Shown here: piece by piece, positions 11,716 to 25,052 of the stretch
How the letters are laid out: the number at the start of each line of letters is the position of its first letter
Position numbering within the stretch: position 1 is the stretch's first letter
NCBI GenBank assembly: GCA_009103225.1
Contig: RHPI01000810.1
Coordinates: 434,001 to 498,000, forward strand
Source of the DNA: Chlorokybus atmophyticus
Lineage: Eukaryota; Plantae; Mesostigma and Chlorokybus algae
Direction: 5' to 3'
Length of the DNA stretch: 64,000 nucleotides
The notes under the pieces: model-generated
The model's input: the letters and a program-made list of their open reading frames with translations, nothing else
Told to the model about the DNA's origin: nothing
Databases searched by the model: none
Made by a program: the position numbers and the translations under genes

Positions 11716-13026
11716 GAAAGTGTGCTATTCATATGGACTTATCACTTGTCAAGCCGTGTAAGACTTGATAAGTTGAAACACACGAACACGTTCTCGTCTC
11801 CTTAGGATTCATGGACACGAAGCTACACAAGGCATTGATATGCGCTAGCATAAAGCTGGTCAACGTCTACCACTAAGTGAGCCTCGTATTCAACATGACA
11901 TGTTGAAGTGTTGTGACAAGGACTGCCATGTATGGAAGTCTTAGAGCAATTGTGCACTACTGATGGCAGCTAACATGAGATTGGTGTTATGGTGACAACG
12001 ACTGCCATTATGTTCCTATTAGGAGCAGTAATTAGCTGTTGGTGGCAGCTAACATCCATGCTCTCTCAGGGCTATGTTTGTTCCCGAGGTATAAGTGATG
12101 TGACAGGTGATACTCCCGAGATGGGTTGATATGATTCGCGAGGTAGGGAATCTGTTAGCATGTGCTAACATGTCAGCGCACACTGTCAAGGCTGGTGTGA
12201 GCCATTGGTTAATGCGTGTGTTTGGTCAAAGAGCAACAAGGGTATAAGTAGCTAAGTTGCAGCTACTAGTGGGCATCATGTGTGCATTGCTGGTTTACCA
12301 CTTGTGTGTGGGGTGCGTGGCTAGTAGCTGTTGAAAGGGCTCTCCCTACCACACTACCTCCCACATGGTGACGCCCATGTGGGAGGTGGTGTGTGTGTGA
12401 ATGTGCACCACTCAGTGCGAGTGTGCGTGTTGCATGCGCGTGTATATGTGTGTCACGTTGTGTCGATGTGTGTGTGCGTATGTGAGGTGGAGGTGAGCTT
12501 GTGATCATCTTGGGTTGGAGGGACTTCCATCTACTGGGTGCTGTAAGTCCTAGTGCTTGTGCATAAGTTTGCCAATCGTTCAGCTAGTAAGTGAGTGTGG
12601 AAACGACACAAATGGTACCAGCTGCATGAAAGTGCATGGACACATATTGTCAAGCAGCAGATGCTGCTCTGCAGATGTTGTGGAAGTAGCCATGCAGATC
12701 AATTAATGAAGCCACGTCATAATGTGCGGTTGTACTTCCAGACCAGCAATGGTTGAGTTTATGTTCGGCGCAGCTGCTGTGGGATTGCATCCTGCACTTG
12801 GGGAGCATTGAGAACATGTAGCAAGTTTTACGGATCAGCTAGTGGACCAAGAAACCTGCAAGTAACAAGCATGCGCCTCCCTTTGGTTGGTGTTCCGGTA
12901 CGGGGGTTGCTTGCCAATGCTCGTTTGAGTACCCCCAACAACGTTGCATGCCACCTCGGCAGCAAAGCAATGTCTGCTACAGATGACCACTTCAAGATGG
13001 TCAGCATACACAGCAAGTTCCTGGGC

Positions 13027-13887
13027 TTATAGCACGCAAGTGATGGGCACGAAATCGACGTTTATGCGTGCATTCCGTAAGTGCAATAAACGCCGTTTGT
13101 AATTGCGATAAGTAAGTGTCATGTGCCTATAATGTGGCAACAAAGCCAAATGCACTGTTAACATTAGGGCGAGCAGGCGGAGCAGCAATAGCACGCGCAC
13201 AGCCATGCGTGGGCGATCATATGAATTGCGTGCACGCTTCATATTAGCTATCCCTTGATTCAGCCCATGTAATGCATGCGAATGCAGAACCGGTATCTTG
13301 GCGCGATTTCGTTGGCAAGCCAATCGTTGCCATACTTGCTTGCCCACCCGCGCATCAGCAAATGGCGTGAATGGCACGTGTTCGACTGGCGTAGTAACCC
13401 ACGCCTTGACAACAATCCTTTGCATGAGCAACTCCAGCAGTGTTGGGCGTGCTGCTGTGCCTGCTTTCCAATGCTGTTTGAAGCGTTCAAGTGCACAATT
13501 GCTTGTCAAACCGATATAGTAGTTTTTGCTGCCATTCAGCATATACATGCAGCAGATGACGTGTATACACATAATTGGACTGAGCGTGTCAATAAAACCC
13601 AACAAGAAAAACCTCTTCTCCCTAAGTTTGGCGTGCACTGGAAGTTGCAGTTGGTAATGGGAGCGTGAAACATGCCGCTCCACATCCATCCAACGACGCC
13701 GCTCTGCTGCGGAAACTGGTACAAGTGATAACTTGTCCACGTCCTTGTCCATTTTAGCATCAGCGTCCTTGTCAGCGTCGGCGTTTAGGTCCATGTCCAA
13801 GTCCATGTCCGAATTTAGGTCAAAATCCATATCCATGTCCGAGTGCACGACTAGGTCCGCAGCCATGTCATCATTAGTAGCGTCCAT
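13027..13887 (-). CDS. GIY-YIG endonuclease ORF (Penelope-like), intronless, probably degenerate
   Basis: CIHVICC...KNYYIGLTSNCALERFKQH (CIH 13561-13569, YIG 13510-13518) and LHSHALHGLN, resembling the PLE L.T..P.GLN motif. The N-terminus is Asp/Met low-complexity sequence. Confidence 0.75.
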   Translation of the reverse strand: MDATNDDMAADLVVHSDMDMDFDLNSDMDLDMDLNADADKDADAKMDKDVDKLSLVPVSAAERRRWMDVERHVSRSHYQLQLPVHAKLREKRFFLLGFIDTLSPIMCIHVICCMYMLNGSKNYYIGLTSNCALERFKQHWKAGTAARPTLLELLMQRIVVKAWVTTPVEHVPFTPFADARVGKQVWQRLACQRNRAKIPVLHSHALHGLNQGIANMKRARNSYDRPRMAVRVLLLLRLLALMLTVHLALLPHYRHMTLTYRNYKRRLLHLRNARINVDFVPITCVL

Positions 13888-15478
13888 AGCAAAGTGCTGT
13901 AATGCAAGTAACTACCAGCCCCGTACAATGCAGTAATTTCAGACAGCAGCAAGCAAGCAATGAATTTGTGAAAGGCTCACCTCAGATACATGTTTCCGAG
14001 GCGGGCACTCGGCAAGAGGAGTTGAGCTGTCAAAGCGCTTTTACTGCACCAGAATCTAAGGCAGGGTACATATGGTATATGATTGAATGGACAAGCACAA
14101 CATAGCAGTAGGCAACAAGCAAGCATGAGCAGCAGCAAGCAAAAAACACATTCTCTATGTTATGCCTCATTGGTAACTTATGAAGCAACAAACTTTGTTT
14201 GTATCCACTTTGTATAAGACCAAGTGAGAAGGTTGCGATAAAGTACAATGCAATTGACCTAGTTATGAATCAATTGCGGAAGCAATACTTTTACTTTTAC
14301 AGTAACAAGAAGTCTTTAAACCTACATGGTTATTCCACGATGTGACGGGTGTAATGGCGTGATGGGTGTACTGTGATGAGCGTGACGTGTTATGCGTGAT
14401 GCGATGAGAAACCCTCATCAATAGCATATATATTTATGCTTTTGATGTTCAAAAGCATATTATGATCATAAGCGTTAAGCGGATAACCCAGCCATCAGTA
14501 TGAGATGACGCAGAATAAAGAGTTTGCTCTCACTGAGCAAGGGTAGACTGTACACGGTAGACTGTACAGTTCAGTACACGTCGGGTCGTCTACAGTGTAG
14601 CCGCTATAAATGCACATTCGCTAAGCGCATACAGCAGCAACGATTATTATTGCTATGTGATTATGCACAAGGCTCATCAACACTGAAGGCGAAACCACGG
14701 GCAACAACCACTCGTTAGTCGCACTTCCACGCTAAGTGCATGTTCTCAGTTGGTTTTGTGATGGGCACCAACGTCATGCACTATCAAGGTTTAACTGTAC
14801 CCTCCGTATACAGTCTAACCCCATTATGGAAATCATGTTAATGATCCAACTTTTCACGCCGTCAATGGAGTTATTCGTTCGGCGCTTATGAGAATGTATG
14901 TTCTTGTATCGTTTGAAGAATATATAGTATCAGGGGTATTCACTAATCACGGATATCTCTAAGCCACGTCATCATATGTTAAGGTGGCACTCGTGGAAAC
15001 TACATTCACGCTACATAATTATAATAACCTATTTATTTTTGATTGTTTAAAAACTTGAACATGCTCATAACCTTAGAATAAAAATGCTGTTAGCGAGGTA
15101 TCCCCCCGTTACAAGACTGCACCCACCCAAATTTTCAAGCCTTCTCCTTTGTTTTACTACGTATAAGACTATGCCACTAACCGATGATTTTTGCCTGTAT
15201 CGTTTTACAGCCTGTTTTAGACAATTGGTCTTTTGCAAATTCATAATGTTGACGGAGTTATTCTCCTAAATCGAAGTCTTTTAGGGGTACGGGGGTAGAC
15301 TGTACTCTTGAGAGATCGAGCTGGGTAAAACGGTTTGTAGTATATGGTATCGTGTCGCCCGGTTTAGTCGCCCACTGGTGCCGCCTCCGCCGCCGCATCA
15401 AACAACCAAACCTACCTGAAACACGCACATTTGACACAGCTGTTGCCGCCGTTGCCTCCGACAGCCACAGGCACGACA

Positions 15479-16758
15479 ATGGCGCCGCCTACGTTTGATC
15501 TGTCCGGCGACTCTGGCCTGAAGGAGCTGGACAGCTACCTGCTCACCCGCAGCTACGTTACCGGCTATCAGGTGAGGGTTAAACCCTAACGTAGTGCATG
15601 AGGATGAGGAGACGACTGCCACGCTGAACATGCGTCAGCATGTCTGACATGTTGCTTTTGTGCAGGCGTCAAGGGATGATCTGGCCGTGTACGCCGCTTT
15701 GGCATCTGCCCCGGACGCCTCCAAGTACGCCAATGCCGCCCGCTGGTTCAAGCACATCACGTCCCTCCTCGGGGACAACTTTAAGGGCGAGTCCACCGGC
15801 GTGAACCTCGGCAGCGGCGCCGCCCCAGCCGCTGGTCCTGCCTCATCCCCCGCACCCGCTGCCGCTGCCCCCGCTCCTGCTGCCGCTGCCGCTGCCGCAG
15901 GTGGTTGTCTGCCTGGCTTGTCCTGGTCACCTTGTGTGAGCATTTACCATACCTCATGCCCCAGATGCGCATGCCGCAATGCAAGGCGTTCATGCGTGCT
16001 ACTGTGCACACATAGCAACGCAAGGTGCATGCATGCTGCACACAAGCATGCATGCACACCTTGCATTGCTACAGCTCTGTTCACAGGGACCGAAGCTGTG
16101 CATGGATCATGCGTGTTGCATCCTGTTCCTCAGCGTCTGATTCTTTGCTCATGAACGTGGTGGGGTGCCAGGAAATGCACGGTTAGCACGCGTACCTGCA
16201 TGCTCGGTCTCATCCTACTTGTGCGATTTGCAGATGACGACGACGATGACTTGGACCTGTTTGGCGAGGAGACAGAAGAGGAGAAGGCAGCTAGGGCGAA
16301 GGCTGCCGAGGAGGCCGCCAAGAAGAAGGCCAGCAAGCCGAAGGAGATTGGCAAGTCCACAGTTGTCATGGACGTGAAGCCGTGGGATGATGAGACCGAT
16401 ATGGCTGTGCTGGAAAAGACGGTACGTATCTGCAGTTGTCATGGCTGTAGGTCGCAGCGGTTTTTCCTCATGAACCAGAGGAGACTTGCACAAGTTGGCA
16501 TGTATCTCATGGTGGCATTGCACTTACTCACCAGTGTTGTCTTTGTGATCTTAGGTGCGCAGCATTCAAAAGGAAGGCCTGATTTGGGGAGCATCAAAGC
16601 TTGTTGCTATTGGCTATGGTATCAAGAAGCTGCAGATCATGTGCACCATTGTTGACGATCTGATTTCCATGGACGAGCTGATTGAAGACGACATCCAGGA
16701 GGGTGCGGCCAAGGATTTTGTCCAGTCGGTGGACATTGTTGCCTTCAACAAGGTGTAA
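15479..16758 (+). CDS. EEF1B: Translation elongation factor 1-beta/delta (4 exons: 15479-15571, 15666-15900, 16234-16421, 16555-16758)
   Basis: [91 protein letters not shown] introns with consistent phases. Confidence 0.97.
15581..15589 (+). promoter_or_regulatory. Telo-box AAACCCTAA in EF1B intron 1
   Basis: Exact AAACCCTAA starting at the 10th base of intron 1. Telo-boxes are known near the 5' ends of plant translation-machinery genes. Confidence 0.45.
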
Positions 16759-17311
16759 GCGGGCAGATTGTAGCTTGCTTGTACATTCACGTTGCAATTT
16801 TGACAAGGCGCTGGCTTCAATATGTGGCCAAATTCTGCTTGGTGAGTCAGTGTCTCATTGAGTCACTATGATTGGAAGTGGCGCATACCAGTTGTGACAG
16901 CTCATGCAGCACACTGCATGCTTACCAGCACCATCAGTGGCCTCTGCTTTCAAAGTCAGGTCTGTGAGTTTCTACTCATGCAATCAGATGTCGTGAATGC
17001 AGGTGATTGGTAGCCAGCGCTTTCAGTGCGTGTGTGTGCTTGCATATGTCACCCATCACGGCTTACAAGTGCAAGCCATATCGCATGTTATGTGTCCACA
17101 CCATGTGAGACAACATCAGCAGCTGCACATTATGACCTTGGTTAAACGGCACTGGTTGATGCGCTTGCTGCAAGATGACGTGGACAGTTAGGCTGTGTCA
17201 CTGCATTGTACGACCGGCCACCAGCCACCGGCTATTTAAATTTCAGACAATGAGTATGCCTAAACTGCTGCGCGCATGAGGCGATCAGCAACCTACTGCA
17301 TTGGTTGCACA

Positions 17312-20300
17312 CTATGAGGAGAAAGGTCTGCTGCGCCTAGGTGATCTCAGCTGTGGTGACATGGGAAGGTGCTTGGCGGATTCACCCGTCCTTCCTCGAG
17401 CAGCTTGCGGGGAGCGAACTGCACTGGACTTGCGACGGTGATCATGCCCCTATCAAGTGTTGCCGTAAGTCATTTCAGCCTTTGGAACACCCTACACATT
17501 GGTCTTTGACTGGGGTTGGTATTAGCTTATACCGTCAGACGTATCAGTACACAGGTTTCATATTTTGTTCTCATTCACCTTCAGTGCTTGCAACTCTGCG
17601 AGCAAAACAGCATTGCTGTTTTCCAGTTCCAGTAGCCGGGCATGTTGCTGCTCCGTTGAGCGCACAATGGCCTGTTGAAGCATAACATGACATAAGTGTA
17701 TACACATCAGTTATTTAAGTGGCAACCAGCGTGTAAGCCAGAAACACAAGCAGAGAAGTAGTACAAGTCGATCAGTTTACCTGCCGCTCTGAGTCTGCGG
17801 CGGCCATGAGTTCCCGCAGCTTTCTTTTCAACTCGCGGTTGGTCTGCTTCAAGCGGAAGTTGAGCAACATAGTACAATGAGGCAGGGCGCTTATTGCATC
17901 CTGGGTGTACGGCATCATATCACAAGTACAGAACACCTGTTTGTAGTAGAAGTTATCCTTGTCGAGAATCCTGATTTGTTCCTCCTTGAACTGGAGAGTC
18001 TGCTGCAGTTCGGCTGTATCAAATGAAGGTTGCTGTGTGAAGGGTGCAGGAGATGGAGCTGGGCTAGGCAGCGGTGAACTCGCAGAGTCTGAGGTGGGAG
18101 GGCCAGTACGCTGTGCCAACTGCAACTTGTTTGTACTCACTGTGACCGCATTGATTTGCTTGAGCAGGTACTGAACCTTGCGCGCTTGCTCTTTCTGCGT
18201 AAGTAGACAACGGAACTCAGGAAAAATACGCAATGCATCATGGGTCAACATTGTGGCTTGTACACACCTCAAGATCCGTGACCCGTCTGTCAAACTCCAT
18301 CTCTTTGATCTTAAGGCTGTGTTGCATCTGTTCAACAAGCCTTGATTTCTCTTCTAGGTGAAGCTGAAGGTCACACGCATGGTCTTGGGTCCTGCGCTCT
18401 CGATCTCGGACCTACCAACGGATCTTATAAGCATGGATTTTCCAAGGATTCGCACTGCACTGCTGCCTTTTTTTCTTTTCTCACCTCTACAACGACCTCA
18501 ATATACTTCTTGAGGATGCTCTTTGTTTCAGCCAAGCTCATGGTATCCAAGCGCTCACGCACACTCTGGGTGGCAGTTGTGCTGTTGGCAAGCTGCTTCT
18601 GTAACCCATTTATCGAGCCGACCACATACACGACCTGTTCATCAAGTGCTTCAATCCTGCTTCCACAAACATGACGCGTTACTATATGTGTGGTGATTCT
18701 GTCACGACAGGCCTTACCGCCACGCATAAGAGCTACATGTCAGACTGCACCACAGAATTGAGCAATAACACGTGCCTGTCATCAAGCTCCACAAGAGTTT
18801 CCTCATCTCTTGGGTCGAGAAGCTTATCGCCTTGCTGTGCCTTTTCAAGCGCCATCTTTCGATGCCGCACCTCATCCAGTTGAGATCTATACACTTGTGC
18901 CTGTTTTATAACGTTTGTCAAGTGTACGTCATCAATGCGTTCAATGACTTGCCCTGGTTTGATAGTACTTTGCGTCACCTTACGGCGTGCAGCTTCTAAC
19001 GCGTGCTGCGCGCGTGTTGCTTCAGCGGCTGCCATTTCACGCTCATACGTCTCCAGTTCGTGCTCAAGATCTTCGCATTGCTTTGCAGCATCATCCAGTT
19101 CTGAGGCAACAACCTAGCAAGCACGGGGTCTCATACTGATGTGACCAAGACCATGTTGCCTGAATGTCTTGTGAATCATGTCATCAACTACCTTGCTGGC
19201 TCGCAATTTCTTGAGCTCCAGGTTGGCCCGCTCTTTGGTACGCAACTCCTTTTCGGAAACAATCTCTGCTCGCAACTTCAACTGGCGGTCCAGCTGGTCG
19301 GCTAGATTCTTGTAGCTGAGCAGCTTGTCAATCTCCTTCTCAAGCCATGGACGCACTTTACTTGGATCAGCACTTTTACCTGCTCATATTGCAACAAGTT
19401 CACTGGCAGCATGAGTAAGACTGAGGAAATGACAGTACAGCAGCCAGTTGTAGCCAAAGGGCCTTGAACACATATTGGCTCTACAGACATTGTTACAAGT
19501 TTAGGGCGTGATGACAGTACACATGCTCACCTACACCAGCTGGTGCTGAAATGGGGCGGGCAGCGTGGCCATTCTCTGCATGCGAAAGCCCAGCAGCGCT
19601 TCCAGCACGCCGTGAAGGTGTTATGCCTCGCACTTGAGGCCGTAGATCACGATTATCTTGGTCTTCCAGCTCCTGTGCATGTATGTGCATCAATGCAGCC
19701 AACAAGCACGCTGAGCAGCAAATGCACAATTGAAGTTATCTGAACGGGAAGCTGCGCTGATCAAACTACCCACCTTAAGACGCTTCTGAGCCAATGCTGC
19801 CTCTTCAGACTTCTTGCGAAATAGCAGCTTTTGTTTCTCGTTCTCAGACTCCAGTTCTCGCACACGCTTGGCTGATGTCTGCAGACAGGCTGGCGTATCA
19901 GTGCTGCCACAAGAGTGTTGGTCACGGTAATCCAAGTCCAAGACTAGTTTCTGTCACAAACAGTTGACAACATTGTCACCTCAGCCTCTTTTTTCAGGGT
20001 GGCTATCTCCTTGGCGCGGCCCTCGTGGAGGTCCTCAAACCGCTCTGTGTTATCTTTAATCTTCCGGCGCAACGCATCTTGCTGAGCACGCATTCGTGCC
20101 AACTCAGACTCCAGCGACTGCACCTGTTGACCAAGCCTTTCATTGCTGCACAGTAACAATCACTGTCTTCGAAATGAAGTAAAGCGACACCATCAAGCCC
20201 AACCTTGACATCACTCTTGGCCTGTCCTTGAGCAACTCTTGTGGTTTGCTGATCGTGCTGTACACGCTTGAGGCCCGCCAATTGCACCTGCACCTTCCGT

Positions 20301-23300
20301 ACCTGCAGCCAGCAAAGTAGGAGTGGAGCACTGTGGAGAGAGCCTTTGATAGCAACATAATTTGCAGCAGCAATGGCAGGCCACCAACCTTTTCTTCATA
20401 GGCTTCACGGAGTTTGCGTCGCTCTTCCTCACCCTTGTTAAGGTTGTTGTCCAGGCCATCCAGCTCTTGCCTTAGGCGCTCCACTTCATCCTCTTTATTC
20501 TGAACCTGTCAAACCGTTACGTCTACTGAAGGAGACCAACACAAAACGGCCAACCCCATGTGTGGCTTGCGAATTGCAGTACTTACTTCCTGTTCAAGTT
20601 CGCGCATGCGCGCTTCATATTGCTGAGATAATAGCTTGGCTTCCAACTCGTTTTTGGTGAGGTCCTGCGTGACAATGGTTGACAGCTGTTGAAGTGCAAT
20701 AAGTAGCATAGAGCCACCTGTAGACAATCGCTACCTGTATTAAGCTCTCCTTCTGTGTGATGTTAAAACTGAGATCGCGCAATTGCTTCTCCATAGCATG
20801 CTGCCGTCTCATGAACTCCTGCTCTTGCTGCTGTGCCTGCCACATAGTACCAATGTAAGATTTGACAATAACGTATTTATAGACTGTCAACTTTGTCAAA
20901 AGCGGTGCCCACGAAACAATCTGAGTGCACCTGTGCCTCCACCCGTTGCTTCTCTTGTTCTATTGCTTCCTTTTCCCTGAGCAAGCGTTCGCGTTCTTCC
21001 ATGTCTGTCGAGGGATCGTCCCCGTACTGGCTGAGCACATCATACAACTTGACCTCATCATCACTTTCTACTGCGTTCGCCAGGGCAGCGGAGGTGCTGA
21101 CTCCTCCGGGCTCAAACTGAGACATGCCATCAGCAGGGCGAGGAGATCTTGGTGAAGGGAGATCTTCATCCCTAATGCTGCCAACCACGTCCGGTTAATT
21201 GATTAAAACGGGTGCAAGGCTCCGCTTGGTGTTGTGACCATATGCCTATGCCTAAGTTTGCATGTGACTGTGCTCGTGCAAGCAACCTTGCATCAAGCGG
21301 CAGGTCTGTTGTGGATATAGCAACTGATTGACCAGCATGGCTCTCTGCATGGCGGCTGGCTGGAGTGCTGGACTGGTCTTTGGCAAGCTCTTCAAGCCTT
21401 TTGATCTCCTTCACTTTCTCTGCAGATTACAACCATGCCTAAGACCGCGACTGCAGATTTAAAGGGAGCAAATACATGGCTTGAAGCATGTCATACCAGC
21501 AAATATAATCTCATCACGTGCTAGGTCCTCCTTGGCCTCCCTGAGAGACACTTCTTTCTCCGCAAGGTGTTCCTCCGCCTTGGCCACCTTCTGCTCCAGC
21601 TCTCGGATGGTTCTGAGGTACTGTTGTATTACCTGCCGGCCTTCGTGCTCATCTGCCCTTATGGAGCCACGAAGCTCTGTTGGACTGATTATCGTAAATT
21701 CTTTGCGGGCTTGTTTATCATACGAGACGCTTGCCTCGTTTGCACTCGTTTGTCGTGCTTCTGTAAACATTAAGTAGCAGTTTGCACAATGAATGGGCAG
21801 CAATGCATATAAGTTACAACTCCCTGCACGTGCCTGTGACATCCGCATCCACAGGCTCAGGCTGCAATGCAACACCAGCAGCATTGAATATCTGCTGACA
21901 AGCCGCATGGGAGAGTTGCTTTTGGTACTCCAAGTCCACTACAGTCGTCAGAACTCTGCACACCAATTGTTAGAAACGCATGTGAGATAATCTTTGTAGC
22001 AAGCCAACGACCCAGCTGCTTACTTGTCCAGCTGTGAGCCCAGCTCTTCAAGCTTTAGCTTGAAGTGGTCACGCTCGGCTTTTAACTCCAATGTTTCTTC
22101 TGAAAGGCTGCCCACCTATGCAGGACAACACCATTCAGTGCAGAAAACTGCACATGCAACTGGGTTGTTGCAACCAGGCATATAGGCCTGAATGAAAGAG
22201 CTTGCCGACTTGGACTAGCAAGTCACCCGATGCGCAAATTCACGCATTCTTGCCATCAACACTCTTTACCTCAACAGTTGCAGCTTGCAGTAGTTGCCTC
22301 AAGCTGATACACTCTGCCTGGAGAGCAATGTACCTGTCACTTTCACTGTTGCCTATATTTATCCCTAGGGTTCGCAACTTCAGTTCCCCAAGGAACTGCT
22401 GGTTCGCAGCACTCTGCAACAGCTCGCTTTCGCTCAGCCCGTTTGGCTGGTCTTCACCTGCTGCAACTCTACGATGGCGCAAGAGTTCAAGCTGCAGCAC
22501 CTGCACAGCATTGGATGGTTAGTCAACCGTATAAGGATTTGAGCTAGAATGCTGCCTTTACCTTGATTTCACCTCGCAATTGCATCAGCTGGGCTTGGTG
22601 GGGGTCCCGGTTAATGACAGGTTTATTCTTGATATTGCGCGCGCGGTTGGCATATTTCAACGTGTTCAATGTCTCCTCGAAGTTGACATCAGCTGTACTG
22701 ACGCATGCCAACATACAGGTCCTGCTGTTACCACCAAGGGAGTCCTGTCCATTCATCATCAACAGCCGGTCAGCCTTGTTGGTTTATACCAAACAGCCAG
22801 GCCAGACCAAAAGATGCACATGGTACCTGCAGCATTCGAGTCAGTTTGGATTCTCGATACGGAACATGAGTGCCACGCTTGCGTTCATCTCCGAGGGCGC
22901 TGATCACATTTCCAAGCGCCAACAATCCAGAGTTTATGTTCACACTCTCTTTGAAGCGAGCACCTACTGCACCAGTCCGCTTATTTCGCTCCGAACCAGC
23001 AAGGTCCACCTGCAACATGCATGGACATGACCATAAGCATGGCCAACTAAAGAGGCAGACATCCAGGCTGTCTGCAGCTGCCTCTGCCGCACACGTGCGA
23101 GGCACTGTCTCTATGTGTTGGGCGTTCAGGCTCAGGCCAAACTTACCAGATGGAACTTTGCTGTTATGTACTCTACATATCCACTGTCAGCTGCTTCTGG
23201 CGGTGGCATGCGCTGCTCAAGGGTGATGGTGAATATAGCATGAGACCTGCTTGATTGCTCGTTCATGAGTGTGCTCCCAGTAGTCCTAGCGCTGGATCCA

Positions 23301-25052
23301 TGCTCAAGGCACCTGATGACACAATCAACTTATCCCCTCGCAGTGCTGGCAGTTGTGACTGAGACTGACATGCAACCAATTACTTACGCTCCTCACTCAC
23401 CTGCACATGTCTTCATACCCTGTAACAACTTGCTCTCGTATCCCAACCACAAATATTTCGCCACCAGCGTCTTCACGAATGGTGATGGCTTTGGATGGAG
23501 TATCTGGGTGCAACAGGTCCCTGATCTCCTCATTGTGAATCTCCAGATATGCGCACCGTATCTGTTGGAAGGACCAAACCACAAGGTCAATTAACACATC
23601 ACCAGTATAAGCAAGAGACACGACAGCGACAACCATGTACGCACCAAGAAGTCCACCTCCTTGTTCTCGTCCATCTGATCAAAAAGCATGCGGATAACAC
23701 GTGGCAAGATGCCAATCTCATGCTCCAAAGCATCAACATTGTTGCCAGATCCCATAGTATACGTCTTTCCTGATCCAGTCTGCCCATACGCGAAAACAGT
23801 TGCATTGTACCTGTAGCTGTCTCGTCAGTAGTGACTCACATCAAGCAAGGTACACGTGTCAGTGTTCGCACACCACCCCGAGTGACAACCACCAGACCCC
23901 AGCACAAGCAAGCACCCTTCAGCAAATGACAACCTTACCCAGAAAGGCAGGCATCAACGAGAGGGCGCACACATGCATCAAAGACATGCTCCTGGGTTGC
24001 ACTATGTGGGAATGCGTAGTCAAAGGTAAACCTGCGCCTGCCGACAGACACCAACGCCTGCGGAACAAAGAGGGACGTCTATTGGGAGCTGACCACCAAT
24101 GCAAGCGACTGTGCTTTGTCACAACATGATCAAACAATGAGATGTACGACAGCACAACCCACGTCACTAGATTCTGGTCTCTGACACACCTGCCAACACA
24201 CTCACGTGCGCATCCTAACATCTCAGCCCGCGCAAACAAGCCACCAACTGGTCGCGCTCGCACGCATGGCTACAAGACTGATGCGCAGCAAACCCAATGC
24301 GGGCTGACAAGCATGCAGCGAATAAACTTGTAAAAAGCTGTGCACATTGCGCAAACAATAAGAGTGTGGCCGAAGTTTTGGCAGTCCTCCATAACAATTA
24401 TCTAATTTTGCGCAAGTGCATGGCACTGCTGCCTACCCATACACCTAACCAACTTGGAACTAGCTTTGAACTGCTGGCCGTTGGGATGTGTGCAACAATG
24501 ACATCATACAGTATCATACAGCATCAGCATCAGCATCAGCTCAGAACCGCCAATCACTCATCCGCAATTACTCCACCAAAATACGGACACGGCAGTCAGC
24601 TAGACGCCCACAACCAAGCTCACTGTTGCAACAACCAACAAGGCATTCGGACGCTTCCAGCCCTGTTTTTAACTTGAGGTGGTGAGCACTGGACTTGCTG
24701 TCTGCATGACTACCGATACAGAAATAGTTGAATGAACTGAAGCAAATGATGACAACTGAATTCAAATTCAGACAGAGCTGGACGGCTGACGGTGAGCTAA
24801 ACAAGCGTACGGCGTGATCACCTTATCGGGCTGTACAACCACGCACTCTTGGCATTTGGCAGTAATCTCCCTTGGCAGCAAGGGCCGTGCGCGAACCGCA
24901 ACACGGACGTTGGTCATACCCTCGCTGGTGTTGGCCACCTGATCGCCTGCCTGGCCAGGGGAGCTGTCCACACTGGCTGCAGGCTGCTGCTGCTGCTGCT
25001 GAGGAGGCAGCGGCGCCTGCTGGGGGCTCCCACCCCCCCTACTTGGACTCAT
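17312..25052 (-). CDS. Kinesin-4 family motor (KIF4/KIF7/KIF27-like) with long coiled-coil tail; multi-exon, 3' end approximate
   Basis: [30 protein letters not shown] (~23750-23810), [22 protein letters not shown] (~23240-23267), [49 protein letters not shown]...[20 protein letters not shown]. Confidence 0.93.

Larger units (their letters stand above)
10400..13887 (-). mobile_element. Decayed Penelope-like retroelement (endonuclease upstream of RT, Chlamys/Naiad-type), interrupted by a solo LTR
   Basis: GIY-YIG ORF 13027-13887, then on the same strand PLLVWKYNRTL (12720-12752), DFCQLY (~10985-11005), LAPYLLATIYDSKFI (~10700-10745) and CYIAD (10516-10530, a possible relic of RYIDD), in the expected order. 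The RT remnants are very degenerate. Confidence 0.5.
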
